64,000 nt of DNA. It comes from a virus. Lineage: Duplodnaviria; Caudoviricetes. The stretch spans positions 32,001-96,000 of the IMG/VR virus record IMGVR_UViG_3300037067_018912; one strand, written 5' to 3'. Under the pieces are notes generated by a model. It saw only the letters and a program-made list of their open reading frames with translations. It had not been told where the DNA came from and did no database searches. Positions 1-9,458 of the stretch are shown here, piece after piece (positions within the stretch are counted from its first letter, which is position 1; each line of letters starts with the position of its first letter). Made by a program: the position numbers and the translations under genes.

Positions 1-30
1 CCTTCAAAACAGCCGTCTGAATCATACATA

Positions 31-639
31 TTATTTCGGTTTTACTCTTTCAAAATTCCTGTTAAAGAATTCCAACGCTTCCCTTATCGTCTCGTTATGA
101 CGGAAAGACCATTCATACTCTCTTTCATATTTGCCAAAAAAATCTAACATCGGCATCCATTTGACTTCCGCAGTTTCTTTGTCAGTATATTTTTCAATGT
201 ATAGTGGAAATTCAACCGTTTCATTATGGAAATCATATACTGACAAGTATATTAACGAAACGTTCTGTCGAGCGTCCCTATTGGGACTATCATGAACAGT
301 AAAAGGTTTTTCGTTGTTATTGATTAGATATTTTTGATAATTTGGCAAATAAAGGGAAGTTTCTTCATATACCTCACGCACCATTCCTTCGTATCCATTT
401 TCATTCCAATCAAGATAACCACACGGTAAACCCCATTTTCCTGCTTCATCACGCATTTCCGCCGATCTCTTAACTGTTAAAACCTGCATTCCACCGTCAA
501 AAGGATTTGAAAATACCACACCAACGACGGCTACCGCCCTACTAATCCAATAATCAAGAACCGTTCTTTTAATTGTTGATTCTTGGATTAACACTACATG
601 CTCATTTGGCGTGTTATTGAATTTCGGTTTGTTTGTCAT
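31..639 (-). CDS. Nudix hydrolase
   Basis: Nudix box WGLPCGYLDWNENGYEGMVREVYEETSL. Confidence 0.9.
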   Translation of the reverse strand: MTNKPKFNNTPNEHVVLIQESTIKRTVLDYWISRAVAVVGVVFSNPFDGGMQVLTVKRSAEMRDEAGKWGLPCGYLDWNENGYEGMVREVYEETSLYLPNYQKYLINNNEKPFTVHDSPNRDARQNVSLIYLSVYDFHNETVEFPLYIEKYTDKETAEVKWMPMLDFFGKYEREYEWSFRHNETIREALEFFNRNFERVKPK

Positions 640-1168
640 ATAAATTTTGTTTTCTTTTATAGTGAACTATTTTGTATTCAGTTCCCATTTTGCTCTTTAA
701 CCATGTCATAGAATCTTCACTCAATATTTCAAAATCGTTCATCAGTTTTCCTACGGGAAAAAACTTATTTCCGTCAGGAAACAGGTTCACAACTGTGATA
801 ATCGCTTCATCACAATAATCAATCAATGCCTCATAGATACTCGCACCTCCAGCGACAAAAACCTTATCGATATGAAGGTTGTTTAAGAGCATCAACATCA
901 GGTCGATATCGCTGAATTGGTATACCTTCCTACCTTCCTTGGGTACAAAACGTTCTCCTTTATTGAGAACTATATATTCCCTACCTTCGAACGCTTTGTC
1001 GGGCAGAGTGTGATAGGTGACAGCACCTACAATCAGCATGCCTCCCATAGTGGTTTCCCGGAAGTGTTTGAAGTCCTCCAGTATCCGCCAAGGGATTTCA
1101 TTATCGATCCCGATCGTGCCATCAACGGCGACGGCAGCAATCGCAATTAGTTTGGGTTTATCAGTCAT
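614..1168 (-). CDS. folA: Dihydrofolate reductase
   Basis: IAAVAVDGTIG..NEIPW...EDFKHFRETT, GR-x-x-IVL, VAGGASIYE, GNKFFP motifs. Confidence 0.93.
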   Translation of the reverse strand: MTDKPKLIAIAAVAVDGTIGIDNEIPWRILEDFKHFRETTMGGMLIVGAVTYHTLPDKAFEGREYIVLNKGERFVPKEGRKVYQFSDIDLMLMLLNNLHIDKVFVAGGASIYEALIDYCDEAIITVVNLFPDGNKFFPVGKLMNDFEILSEDSMTWLKSKMGTEYKIVHYKRKQNLYDKQTEIQ

Positions 1169-1199
1169 TAGGGGTGTTAAAATACTATTCTTTTGTTAT

Positions 1200-1763
1200 T
1201 TATGCCAATTTTTTTCCATTTAAAAGTTCACGCAAAAATTCATTTTTCTTCCCACCAATCAATTCCAACCAATCGTTATGAATCTTATCTACCGACGAGC
1301 CGTCCAATAAAACCATAGAATTCAATTCATCGTTGGTCTTGATTTTCAGTTTGATACTATACATCGGATCGTTGCCAGGATTCACCAATTGATCGAGATA
1401 ATCAACAAAATCCGGGTAATCTTCTTTATTAAAAACCCTTTCATCCACAATAAAACACACTGCCGTAAGGGCGTTATTCAAATCGGGTTCGTTGAAATAT
1501 GCGTGTTGAATCTCATTCATCCTTAATTCGTCCGATATGGTGTTCAATGAACCCCTAAAAACAGGACTTATCGATTCATTAGTCGTACCACCATTGAGGA
1601 TAATCCACGTCTTCCAATCATCAATGAAATCGATGAATAAATCGGTTTGACCGTATTTCCTTGCATATTCCAACGCTGCATGTCCCGCTTGTATCGCTTG
1701 CTGTATCGGCGATATGTTGTAAGGCACAAAAAAATACATACGTAGTTCAAGTCTGTCTTTCAT
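1200..1763 (-). CDS. Peptidyl-tRNA hydrolase type 2 (PTH2)-like protein
   Basis: QAIQAGHAALE and FNEPDLNNALTAVCF motifs of phage PTH2-like proteins. Confidence 0.7.
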   Translation of the reverse strand: MKDRLELRMYFFVPYNISPIQQAIQAGHAALEYARKYGQTDLFIDFIDDWKTWIILNGGTTNESISPVFRGSLNTISDELRMNEIQHAYFNEPDLNNALTAVCFIVDERVFNKEDYPDFVDYLDQLVNPGNDPMYSIKLKIKTNDELNSMVLLDGSSVDKIHNDWLELIGGKKNEFLRELLNGKKLA

Positions 1764-2155
1764 AAAGATTCTTCTTTTTCGTTATAGGCTACAACCGCAT
1801 CAATAAATTCTTGTGGTGGTTTATAGTTGTGCGTTTCAATATAATGTATAATCATTTCCGGAGCGGCATATGTCTTCCCATCGTGTTGAAAAATATATTC
1901 TCCATTACCATGACGATCACGAATAATAAAAGTCGAATCGTTTTCTTTGTATGTAGTAACATCACAAAAATCACAACTATGAAAACCTCTATAAAGATTT
2001 TCCTTTTTCTTGGTTCTCAATTTTTTTATAACTTCCTCCTTTTCAGGGAAATCGCCAACAGGAAATTCTTTACCCCTTTCAAGCCATCCAATATTTAAAG
2101 CATTGACGTGTTCGGTATGCCCGTAACCATATAGCGTTAGATCAGCAAAATACAT
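1760..2155 (-). CDS. Conserved hypothetical protein with HxCxxC and YAAP..IIHYI..HNY.PP.EF motif
   Basis: ORF track; start trimmed to MYFADL; likely Zn-binding. Confidence 0.7.
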   Translation of the reverse strand: MYFADLTLYGYGHTEHVNALNIGWLERGKEFPVGDFPEKEEVIKKLRTKKKENLYRGFHSCDFCDVTTYKENDSTFIIRDRHGNGEYIFQHDGKTYAAPEMIIHYIETHNYKPPQEFIDAVVAYNEKEESL

Positions 2156-2221
2156 AATTTTAACAGTTCGTGTGATTATTAACACAATAATACGAAAAAA
2201 ACCTGAAAGTGTTAAGATATT

Positions 2222-2503
2222 TTAGAGGTTTTTTTCGTAATTGATAGAATCGAGGTATTCGTCCTGTGTTGCGGATGTCCAAGTGATAATGAAGAATCTT
2301 TCAGTTTCATTGTCGACGTGAACCACATAGTGGAAGGCGAAAAATTCGTTGTCATCAGTGCCGTAAATGGCATAATCGGAGTAAAGTTTGAGTGTGCCGG
2401 GAGGTATCTCGAAATCTTTCCGGATTTGAACGGCCTGTTCGTGGATGTAAACAGCCATTTGTTGAATGATTTTCTTGAGTTCTATGTTGGTTAAAGCACT
2501 CAT
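2222..2503 (-). CDS. Hypothetical protein
   Basis: ORF; GTATTTAT motif 16 nt upstream of ATG at 2503. Confidence 0.65.
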   Translation of the reverse strand: MSALTNIELKKIIQQMAVYIHEQAVQIRKDFEIPPGTLKLYSDYAIYGTDDNEFFAFHYVVHVDNETERFFIITWTSATQDEYLDSINYEKNL

Positions 2504-2764
2504 ATAAAACCACTTTAACATAAATACTTCAACAAATGCAAGAACCCTTTTCGGGAAAAATTTTTAGGCTGTTTTCCTTTATGGATCGGCAAAAATTTTT
2601 CAGGAAATTTTGCGAGGTTTTAAAAACTGGTTTTATCTTCATGAAACCAGCAAAATTAGGTTTGCGAAATCTTTCCTACCCGGTAGGGTTTCTTTTAAAG
2701 GCGTTCAGGCCAATAATGGCACGTTATCCACCGATTCAATACGAAGCCACCGTATTAACTTTCG

Positions 2765-2934
2765 TGACCGAAGCGGGGTTCGAACCCGCACCCGTTGGTT
2801 TACCTACGTGGGTTTTATCCACCGAGCATGCCACGTGCTGACTTTACTCCGCTTGCGCTGACGAGGTTCTGCGTGTACGTGACTTTGGAACGTCTCTTCT
2901 CAAGACATGGCCTTGCCTATTAGGCGATCCGGTC
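2765..2934 (-). tRNA. Atypical 170-nt tRNA-like RNA (possible Leu-GAG with 64-nt anticodon-loop insertion and branched variable arm)
   Basis: Acceptor GACCGGA/TTCGGTC+A, D arm GCCT-AATAGGCA-AGGC, T arm GCGGG-TTCGAAC-CCCGC, anticodon stem ATGTC/GGCAT enclosing 71 nt; no encoded CCA. Confidence 0.75.
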
Positions 2935-2938
2935 AAAT

Positions 2939-3238
2939 TCAATCTTTATCAATGAAATTAATATAATCCTCCAACCCCAAATCCTTTCCGCTTCCATAAA
3001 TATATCCGACGACAAAATAAATCACTTTTCCATCATTTTGTCGGACCAACGACATTAAAAAATCGGGTGCACCATCAACAAATGTTGATCCTGGTGAATA
3101 AAACAGTCCCATATGACCAACGATTTTTTCATAATTTTTCACCCAATCGAGGTTCAATAACTCCTCCCGTGTGTTGACCTCGTGTTCCGTTTCCTCGAAA
3201 CCTTCAAAAAAATTAGGAAACCTTCTTTTTATTTTCAT
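2939..3238 (-). CDS. Hypothetical protein
   Basis: Start trimmed to MKIKRRFP, giving an ATGA overlap with the upstream ORF. Confidence 0.7.
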   Translation of the reverse strand: MKIKRRFPNFFEGFEETEHEVNTREELLNLDWVKNYEKIVGHMGLFYSPGSTFVDGAPDFLMSLVRQNDGKVIYFVVGYIYGSGKDLGLEDYINFIDKD

Positions 3239-3429
3239 CGCATCCTTCTTTCTTCTTCGTCGGTTATATATCCGGTTGTGGAATTGCCCCAAAATCCGTG
3301 ACCGTGATGCTTCTCCCAATTCTCAATAGTCCCGTAACCTTGCAGGGCGTCTCCCGAATTACGGCTTTCCGGCTTCGCTTCCGGTTTTGATTCCACACCC
3401 CTTTTCAACCGCTTCTTTGACTTTTTCAT
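3235..3429 (-). CDS. Small hypothetical protein
   Basis: Tightly packed in operon. Confidence 0.55.
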   Translation of the reverse strand: MKKSKKRLKRGVESKPEAKPESRNSGDALQGYGTIENWEKHHGHGFWGNSTTGYITDEEERRMR

Positions 3430-3432
3430 ATA

Positions 3433-3834
3433 TTATAACAAATTTGTAAGATAATCTATGCAAGTATCGCCTTGTTCCATCTCCTTTTGAACCAATTCTT
3501 TGAGCCTTTTTCTCTTGTCCTTATCCATCTTCCTTGTCTTTAAGACTCGAAGCATTGAGATCAGGTTTTTCAACGGTGTAAGTTTGTTACGAATATCCGC
3601 ACCAATAGCATCACCGTCGATTATATCCAATACGACGAGTTCGAAATCATCAAAACTCCAACCCTGCATGTCATAACCCGCATACAATTCTTTGAGTTTC
3701 TCCATTGTTGCAGTTATTGGCTGCAACCTTGGGATTTCCGTCGTGTAAACCCCAAGCAGGCACATAAAACTACTATTCATCTCAATATGGACAAACTCTT
3801 TCGAACTTTTCTTTCTTAATGTCTTGAATTTCAT
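3433..3834 (-). CDS. Hypothetical protein
   Basis: ORF in operon. Confidence 0.7.
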   Translation of the reverse strand: MKFKTLRKKSSKEFVHIEMNSSFMCLLGVYTTEIPRLQPITATMEKLKELYAGYDMQGWSFDDFELVVLDIIDGDAIGADIRNKLTPLKNLISMLRVLKTRKMDKDKRKRLKELVQKEMEQGDTCIDYLTNLL

Positions 3835-3838
3835 TTTA

Positions 3839-4084
3839 TTACCACACGGGTATTTTCGTGTTCTCTTTTACGTGCATCCTATGATATCTGAAATAACCAT
3901 CCACCCAAAGCAGCCTGGTGCGCAGTTCGGTGTGTTTAAACTCGGTGATTTCCCGTTCTTGATCGTCTGTAATGGTAGTTATATACCCCATTAACCTGCC
4001 TTCCTCATTTTTGACCTCTGTGGTCAATACGGTGATATTTTTCGGGAAGCAGTTACTTTTTAAAAATCGAATCGGCTTTATCAT
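3839..4084 (-). CDS. Hypothetical protein
   Basis: ORF in operon. Confidence 0.6.
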   Translation of the reverse strand: MIKPIRFLKSNCFPKNITVLTTEVKNEEGRLMGYITTITDDQEREITEFKHTELRTRLLWVDGYFRYHRMHVKENTKIPVW

Positions 4085-4676
4085 ATTTTTCTCTTAAATC
4101 GATTAAACATCTTTCAAATGATGGGAATATTTCCCCTCCGCTAAGTTCAATGCTGTGCTGTATCATCAAATTGACACAGTTGTCCCCAAAATGCTCAACA
4201 TTTGGAAATGTAACATTTATAAGAAAATCTGGAGTGCTGGCGACAAGTGTTCTGTAACACCACGGCGTATAACCGTACAAAATCTTGTTGTTTGCATATC
4301 CACAACCCATTTCCCATGCAGTACCATCGTCGATACAAGCACCCCTAAACGGGACGAGATTGGCAATGATCACATCACAGAGTTTAATGACGTTGACATT
4401 TATTTTGAATATGAAAACGCCGTGCTCCTTTGAGTACTGTTCACCCTTAAAGACATTCTCGTTGTCGAAAGGAGACATCCCCTCGAAATCGTATTTGTTG
4501 CACAATGCTTTCATTTCAGCAAAGTGTTCCATTGCATTTGCCCGGAACACATCCGGACCGGCCAAATAAATCAATAAATCTTTCATATCATAATTTTTGC
4601 TTTTACATGATGAACCTGACGGAAGAATGCAGTTCCCCATATGATCTTCATATCTACATTTTCCCGAATAACACAT
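4053..4676 (-). CDS. Nucleoside 2-deoxyribosyltransferase-family protein
   Basis: IYLAGPDVF, D-VIIANL-PFRG, DDGTAWEMG motifs; short Cys-rich N-terminal extension. Confidence 0.88.
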   Translation of the reverse strand: MCYSGKCRYEDHMGNCILPSGSSCKSKNYDMKDLLIYLAGPDVFRANAMEHFAEMKALCNKYDFEGMSPFDNENVFKGEQYSKEHGVFIFKINVNVIKLCDVIIANLVPFRGACIDDGTAWEMGCGYANNKILYGYTPWCYRTLVASTPDFLINVTFPNVEHFGDNCVNLMIQHSIELSGGEIFPSFERCLIDLREKYDKADSIFKK

Positions 4677-5842
4677 TATTCTTCATGTCTTATTCTAATT
4701 GCAACAGGAAATCTCGGCTTACCATATTTGGTAAATCCTTGATATTTTACAGTCACCATTTTTCCTATTATCAATTCAGGATGTTCAGCATATTGTATTA
4801 AATCATCCAACTTGCCTGTCATTTTTGCATCAAAAGATTCTCCATTTGGTAATTCAAAAGTAAAAACGGCTTTACCTGCCATACTTCCCTTTGTGCCAAC
4901 CTTAACACCAATTACTTTAAACTCGCTGTCGTCAAACTCTTTCACCTTCTGTAAATCATACGAGCGTTTATTCACATAAAGACCATCTATATTCCTTACC
5001 ATGCAACCCTCATAACCTTGTGCAATGAAATGGTCAAAGGCATCCATAAGTTCATCTTCGTTATTAACTATAATAGTTTCAACAATATGAATTGGTGTAC
5101 CCTCAAAGAATGGTTTAAGACTCTGCAATAATGCATTACGTTCACCATTTGTCATGGTTGGATGTGGAATATCATACACGTGGTATTGAATAGCCTCGCA
5201 ACCATCTTGTGGTTCTTCTTGGCGAATAAGACTTGAAAGGTCTTCAAAATTATTATGGTAATCGTGGTTGTACAATTCACCATCAAGATGTTGTAATTCA
5301 ATATTATTCTTGCGAAAAACTTCACGTATTGCTTCTGAAATATGTGGAGCACTTTTTATAGGTTTGCGGGTTCTATTCCACAATGAACAAAATATTGTAA
5401 TATCGTCGCTTTCCGTTTGTTCAACACACCTATGGCCATCAAGTTTAGGTTGTGCCAATGCCGGAAATTTGATTTTATGTCCTTGTTCACTGAACTTATG
5501 CGCAAGCATGGGTACAATGCCACCTTCAATAACATCATCAACTTTACCTGCTTGTGCATCTTCAATGGTTTTAACGTAACCCTTTTTAAGTTGCTTCTCC
5601 CATCTACTTTTAGCCTGTGCTTCTGCTTGCTCAAGTGCGGTTGTGGCATTCGACTTACCAATATTTTTGCCTTCAAGTACTTGTTCAATACTTTCTTGTA
5701 TTTTACCATCAACCTGACCGAATTTTGTCACTATGGTTGCAATACCATTAACATCAACCGCTCCGGTCTGCCAGGCTTGAATAGCACCCGTGGATGTTTT
5801 TTTATAAAGAACCGGAAATGTTTTAATAAATTGTTTTTCCAT
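4676..5842 (-). CDS. ATP-dependent DNA ligase
   Basis: PMLA, QPKLDGHR, LDGELY, YHVYD, EGCMVR, LQKVK, PRFP motifs. Confidence 0.95.
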   Translation of the reverse strand: MEKQFIKTFPVLYKKTSTGAIQAWQTGAVDVNGIATIVTKFGQVDGKIQESIEQVLEGKNIGKSNATTALEQAEAQAKSRWEKQLKKGYVKTIEDAQAGKVDDVIEGGIVPMLAHKFSEQGHKIKFPALAQPKLDGHRCVEQTESDDITIFCSLWNRTRKPIKSAPHISEAIREVFRKNNIELQHLDGELYNHDYHNNFEDLSSLIRQEEPQDGCEAIQYHVYDIPHPTMTNGERNALLQSLKPFFEGTPIHIVETIIVNNEDELMDAFDHFIAQGYEGCMVRNIDGLYVNKRSYDLQKVKEFDDSEFKVIGVKVGTKGSMAGKAVFTFELPNGESFDAKMTGKLDDLIQYAEHPELIIGKMVTVKYQGFTKYGKPRFPVAIRIRHEE

Positions 5843-5843
5843 A

Positions 5844-6221
5844 TTATTTCTTGTTTTTTATGTCTCCTGAAACTGTATTGACACTACCTGCAATATTTCC
5901 ACATTTTATGTCCCCTGAGACAGCGTTGACATCGCCGCCAACGTTTCCATCGATTTCAACATCGCCGCTTGATGTTTGGACATTCCCCATTACTTCGCCG
6001 CATTCCACGTCGCCACTTGACGTTCTCAATGAATTTACTTTGCCGTTGACGATGATCTTTCCACAATGATCTACTTCAATCTTTTCCACATCGCCACTGA
6101 TTTCAATATTGATTGTTTTGTCGTCGGGGGTGACTTCCTTACCGTCGATGATCACTTTACCGTTCCTAACTATTACGGATTTACCCACGTATGTTTGATT
6201 ACCTATTTTAATCGTGCCCAT
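5844..6221 (-). CDS. Beta-solenoid repeat protein (T/A-x-SGD repeats)
   Basis: Repeats TSSGDVEC / TSSGDVEI / AVSGDIKC / TVSGDIK. Confidence 0.7.
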   Translation of the reverse strand: MGTIKIGNQTYVGKSVIVRNGKVIIDGKEVTPDDKTINIEISGDVEKIEVDHCGKIIVNGKVNSLRTSSGDVECGEVMGNVQTSSGDVEIDGNVGGDVNAVSGDIKCGNIAGSVNTVSGDIKNKK

Positions 6222-7014
6222 ATCTTTTCAAATATTCGTTGAACCACCTATGAAACATGTGAGGCAGCAGGTTGAGGTCTGAAAAACCATACAAACCGCA
6301 GGAAAAGAAATCATGCACCTCGATCACAAAAGTGCTTGTATGAGAAGAATATTCGTTTATTCGTTTAACACCGATATCCAATGTATATACAATCGGAGCG
6401 GGGGCATATGCATATGCTCCGATCATTGCATTGATCTTCTCAATATTTGGAAATAAGGTGAAATCACCTGAATAGTTCTGCAATCCAACCAACTTGTCTT
6501 TATAAACAAAGGCTCGCCATTCGCTCCCAATTTCAACATATTCTGAAATCTGATAATTGCCGGGTGGAATGTCAGGAAAATCTTCGTTAAATTTAAAATG
6601 ATTAAAATCACAAAGATTGGAATATCCTTTTATTTTCTCATTACTTTTGATGAACCACACACCCTTACGATCTTCCAAATCCATGTGATTACCATTGAAA
6701 ATGACCCGCTGTGTGTAACACGGTAACATCAATTCAGGCGGCACATTCTTTGGTTTTGGAGTGTGGTTGTAAAATAATAACAGAAATTCCGATACGAATT
6801 CCACACTTCCTATCGGCACGTAGTTCTTATGAAACGGTTTGAATTCAACCGGGGCGAATACATCAAGTTTTTCATTATAAATGGTGTTGACGTATTTCAC
6901 CTTAATGGCGTTGTTCTTCCCACTAAACCAACTATGAAATTCGACCGCCTTGAGTAAAGTGAAAGTGAAATCGTGGGCGATTTTCCCGTTGACTTTTTGT
7001 ATGAGAAATTTCAT
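6208..7014 (-). CDS. ATP-grasp ligase (phage R2K/DUF4343-like)
   Basis: PIGSVEFV, FIKS..KIKG, SEWRAFV, YTLDIG, VIEVHDFFSCGLYG. Confidence 0.8.
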   Translation of the reverse strand: MKFLIQKVNGKIAHDFTFTLLKAVEFHSWFSGKNNAIKVKYVNTIYNEKLDVFAPVEFKPFHKNYVPIGSVEFVSEFLLLFYNHTPKPKNVPPELMLPCYTQRVIFNGNHMDLEDRKGVWFIKSNEKIKGYSNLCDFNHFKFNEDFPDIPPGNYQISEYVEIGSEWRAFVYKDKLVGLQNYSGDFTLFPNIEKINAMIGAYAYAPAPIVYTLDIGVKRINEYSSHTSTFVIEVHDFFSCGLYGFSDLNLLPHMFHRWFNEYLKRYGHD

Positions 7015-7062
7015 AACCTTTTCATAAAAAACAAGTAAATGTATGAAATAGATTTATAATAA

Positions 7063-8205
7063 TCAACACTTGGTGACGGTTTCTTGAAAACCTTCCTCCG
7101 AAAAACACGGGAATTTGAATGGTATGCCAAGATACCTGCCGATTTCATCGATTTTTATTGTGGTTAACTCGCCGTTTATCGTCACGGGTATTGCATTAAT
7201 ATCGGATATCTGATCAAGGCATGTGATGACGATGCCCCTGAGTGAAATAGGATTATGGTATTTGTCACATTCAAAAGCATATTTGAGTAAATCCAAGTCA
7301 AGGACGCTCTTTCTGAACTCACCTTGGAAACTTTCGTCAGTATTTGTTTCGTTGGGGTTGTCTTTAATGTATGAAATGTCAAAACCGTTATTAGTCATTG
7401 GACCGTTGCCATGTCGTGTCTGATATGCACGAGTCACATAATAAGTGTAAAGCGGTCTGTTGTCCAAACCGTGTTTTTTTATAATTTCAAGAGCGTTTTT
7501 CGAAGTGGTGTTGCTTCTCGTCACATGGGGAAAGAAACCGTAGTCCATGTCAAGCATGATCCCTTGGCCGCCTTCGAAAATCCAATCCATATCTAACATT
7601 TGACTGAGGTTATCAATAATCTTATATCTTTTAACAAGATCGTCACAGGCTTCCTTGAATTCTTCAATGGCTTTCGCTGTGTTCCTATTATACGGCCTCA
7701 CATAATTTCCGTAATATTTTGACAGAAGATTAAGTTTTTCATCCCTAATCCTCGGATAAAACAAATCACGGACATAAAGGTGATAGTGATCGTCGTTTCT
7801 TTGTATGGTAGCACCAAAACCGACACCCACGCTACCATGATTATTACCGTTTTCAAGCACATGATTTTTGATGATGTCGAATATTGTTGTCACCATAGCA
7901 TTAGCATTAAGGTACAACACGGGTTCAACACCCATTTCCCTCAACGCATTTCCTTCTTTCAGAACCGCCCTCGGATTAACAGTGCAATACTCCGACCAAT
8001 ACGTTGGTGCTCCGACAAGCGTCCCTGAACCGAAATTCGAAAAGACGTGACGCATTCCTTTGTATACGACGGTGTGGCCAACCTGATGACCACCGTTAAA
8101 CCTAATTACCAACGGGTTTTTTGATTGAGTGCAACGATAATTAACATGTGCCCCCTTACCTCCATCCCCGAAGCCGAGGTCTATGATTATCTCAATTCCT
8201 TTCAT
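7063..8205 (-). CDS. Divergent adenylosuccinate synthetase (PurA)-like protein
   Basis: GFGDGGKG, RFNGGHQVGHTV, FEGGQG..LD.DYG.FPHVTRS, TRAYQTRHGNGP, TCLD; aspartate-binding loop not conserved. Confidence 0.88.
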   Translation of the reverse strand: MKGIEIIIDLGFGDGGKGAHVNYRCTQSKNPLVIRFNGGHQVGHTVVYKGMRHVFSNFGSGTLVGAPTYWSEYCTVNPRAVLKEGNALREMGVEPVLYLNANAMVTTIFDIIKNHVLENGNNHGSVGVGFGATIQRNDDHYHLYVRDLFYPRIRDEKLNLLSKYYGNYVRPYNRNTAKAIEEFKEACDDLVKRYKIIDNLSQMLDMDWIFEGGQGIMLDMDYGFFPHVTRSNTTSKNALEIIKKHGLDNRPLYTYYVTRAYQTRHGNGPMTNNGFDISYIKDNPNETNTDESFQGEFRKSVLDLDLLKYAFECDKYHNPISLRGIVITCLDQISDINAIPVTINGELTTIKIDEIGRYLGIPFKFPCFSEEGFQETVTKC

Positions 8206-8224
8206 AATCAAATGTGTTATAACG

Positions 8225-8232
8225 CAAATATA
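8225..8232 (-). promoter_or_regulatory. Bacteroidota-type -7 element (TATATTTG) upstream of the PurA-like gene
   Basis: Matches TAnnTTTG about 20 nt before ATG. Confidence 0.55.
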
Positions 8233-8298
8233 CAAATAAAACAATACAATTAACAAACGAATTGTCGTTTTATTGACAAGTTGTTAATTGTGGCGCAT

Positions 8299-8326
8299 AA
8301 AAAAAGGGACATTTTCATGTCCCTTT
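8299..8326 (-). terminator. Rho-independent terminator after the vWA gene
   Basis: AAAGGGACAT-TTTC-ATGTCCCTTT hairpin with U-tract on the minus strand. Confidence 0.7.
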
Positions 8327-8346
8327 GTTCTGATTATACCTTATTA

Positions 8347-9267
8347 TTAAAGGTTGATAACACCTTCGTTGTTTGTTGCAACAACAGTTCCAATTGTCAC
8401 CGTTGCAAGTGCTGTGGTTACGGTTGCAGCCATAGCCGGATCAAGTTTGTCCGTTACGGTTTTCATATCTGCACCGTGTTGACATGCGATAAGAGTTGCA
8501 ATGGTAGCACAAATTGCATGATAATCGTTTAATACGATCAGCCTTTCACCGAGCATCTTCTTCCAATAACCCAAAACATTCGGGTCGTCCCTGTAGGAAG
8601 CCTCATTGACGTGTATGTGATACACGTTGTAAAGCCTCTGTGCTTCTTCAAGCAGTTGTTTATCGGTTACATCTTCTGCTTTTTCATAACCGAAAATGCT
8701 TTTCAGTTGGTTTGCAGTCACTTCATCCCAACTTTTTTCATCACCGATGGTGAAAAGGAATCCTTTCGTATTCCTCTTTTCGAAGCAGTCAATGGAGGTA
8801 TGTCTTCCAGCAATAATCCATGCGAGAAGATAACTTTCCATATCCTGGCCACCTCCACCCCCTTGAAGGGCAACACCTGTCAACCACTTGTCGAGCAGTT
8901 CGGTCGATGATTCAAACTGACCGATCTGAACGGGAGTATTTATGCAATGATGATCGTTGATAGCACCGAACAAAATCTGCGGATCAGGAACACCATTTTC
9001 GGTGATGACGTCCATGAGCGTTTTGAGTTCGTTTTTGACGATGTTTTCGGGAATCCTGCCCATGCTCCCCGTGTCATCGAGCATGATCATCACGGCCACA
9101 GAGTTTGGATGTTCATCACTGTCCCTCGACTCCCTGATAGCGATCCCAACCGGGATCATATCACTTACCGCCGTTTTTGAAAATATATCATCGGCGTCCT
9201 TGTGTGCATAACCTTTGCTTGCTGAAAGGTTTGAATATGCATCGCTTGACCAACTTCCGTACCCCAT
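8347..9267 (-). CDS. vWA-domain protein
   Basis: MIDAS-like LDDTGSMG, QIGQFES, GGGG..ESY, FTIGDE; N-terminal MGYGSW. Confidence 0.85.
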   Translation of the reverse strand: MGYGSWSSDAYSNLSASKGYAHKDADDIFSKTAVSDMIPVGIAIRESRDSDEHPNSVAVMIMLDDTGSMGRIPENIVKNELKTLMDVITENGVPDPQILFGAINDHHCINTPVQIGQFESSTELLDKWLTGVALQGGGGGQDMESYLLAWIIAGRHTSIDCFEKRNTKGFLFTIGDEKSWDEVTANQLKSIFGYEKAEDVTDKQLLEEAQRLYNVYHIHVNEASYRDDPNVLGYWKKMLGERLIVLNDYHAICATIATLIACQHGADMKTVTDKLDPAMAATVTTALATVTIGTVVATNNEGVINL

Positions 9268-9269
9268 GA

Positions 9270-9458
9270 TTATTCTCCTTCCTTTTTAACTTCCGTCTCC
9301 GGAGCAACTTCTGCTTCGGGTTCGACAGGAACGATTGGTTCGGTTGCTTCCGGTGCAGGTTCAGTTACCACCGTTTCTTCTACGGGTGTTTCTGTTACTT
9401 CCTGAGTTTCGCCCATTTCTTCGAGCGAAGTCTCTTTTGAATACTTGTCAAATCCCAT
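9270..9458 (-). CDS. Small acidic Glu/Thr/Pro-rich protein
   Basis: 62 aa, ends 2 nt before the vWA start. Confidence 0.7.
   Translation of the reverse strand: MGFDKYSKETSLEEMGETQEVTETPVEETVVTEPAPEATEPIVPVEPEAEVAPETEVKKEGE

Noticed and set aside
2536-2861. Plus-strand ORFs 2536-2841 and 2610-2861
   Set aside because: Antisense to the tRNA-like gene (the EAGFEPA translation is typical of antisense tRNA) and against the local strand bias
2765-2934. tmRNA or group I intron-containing tRNA
   Set aside because: It has a D stem, lacks G3:U70, and the insertion is only about 64 nt
7063-8205. PurZ / 2-aminoadenine (Z-genome) pathway
   Set aside because: The catalytic Asp is retained (GDGGKG, not GSTGKG), the HD protein looks SpoT/Mesh1-like rather than DatZ-like, and no MazZ is seen in the window
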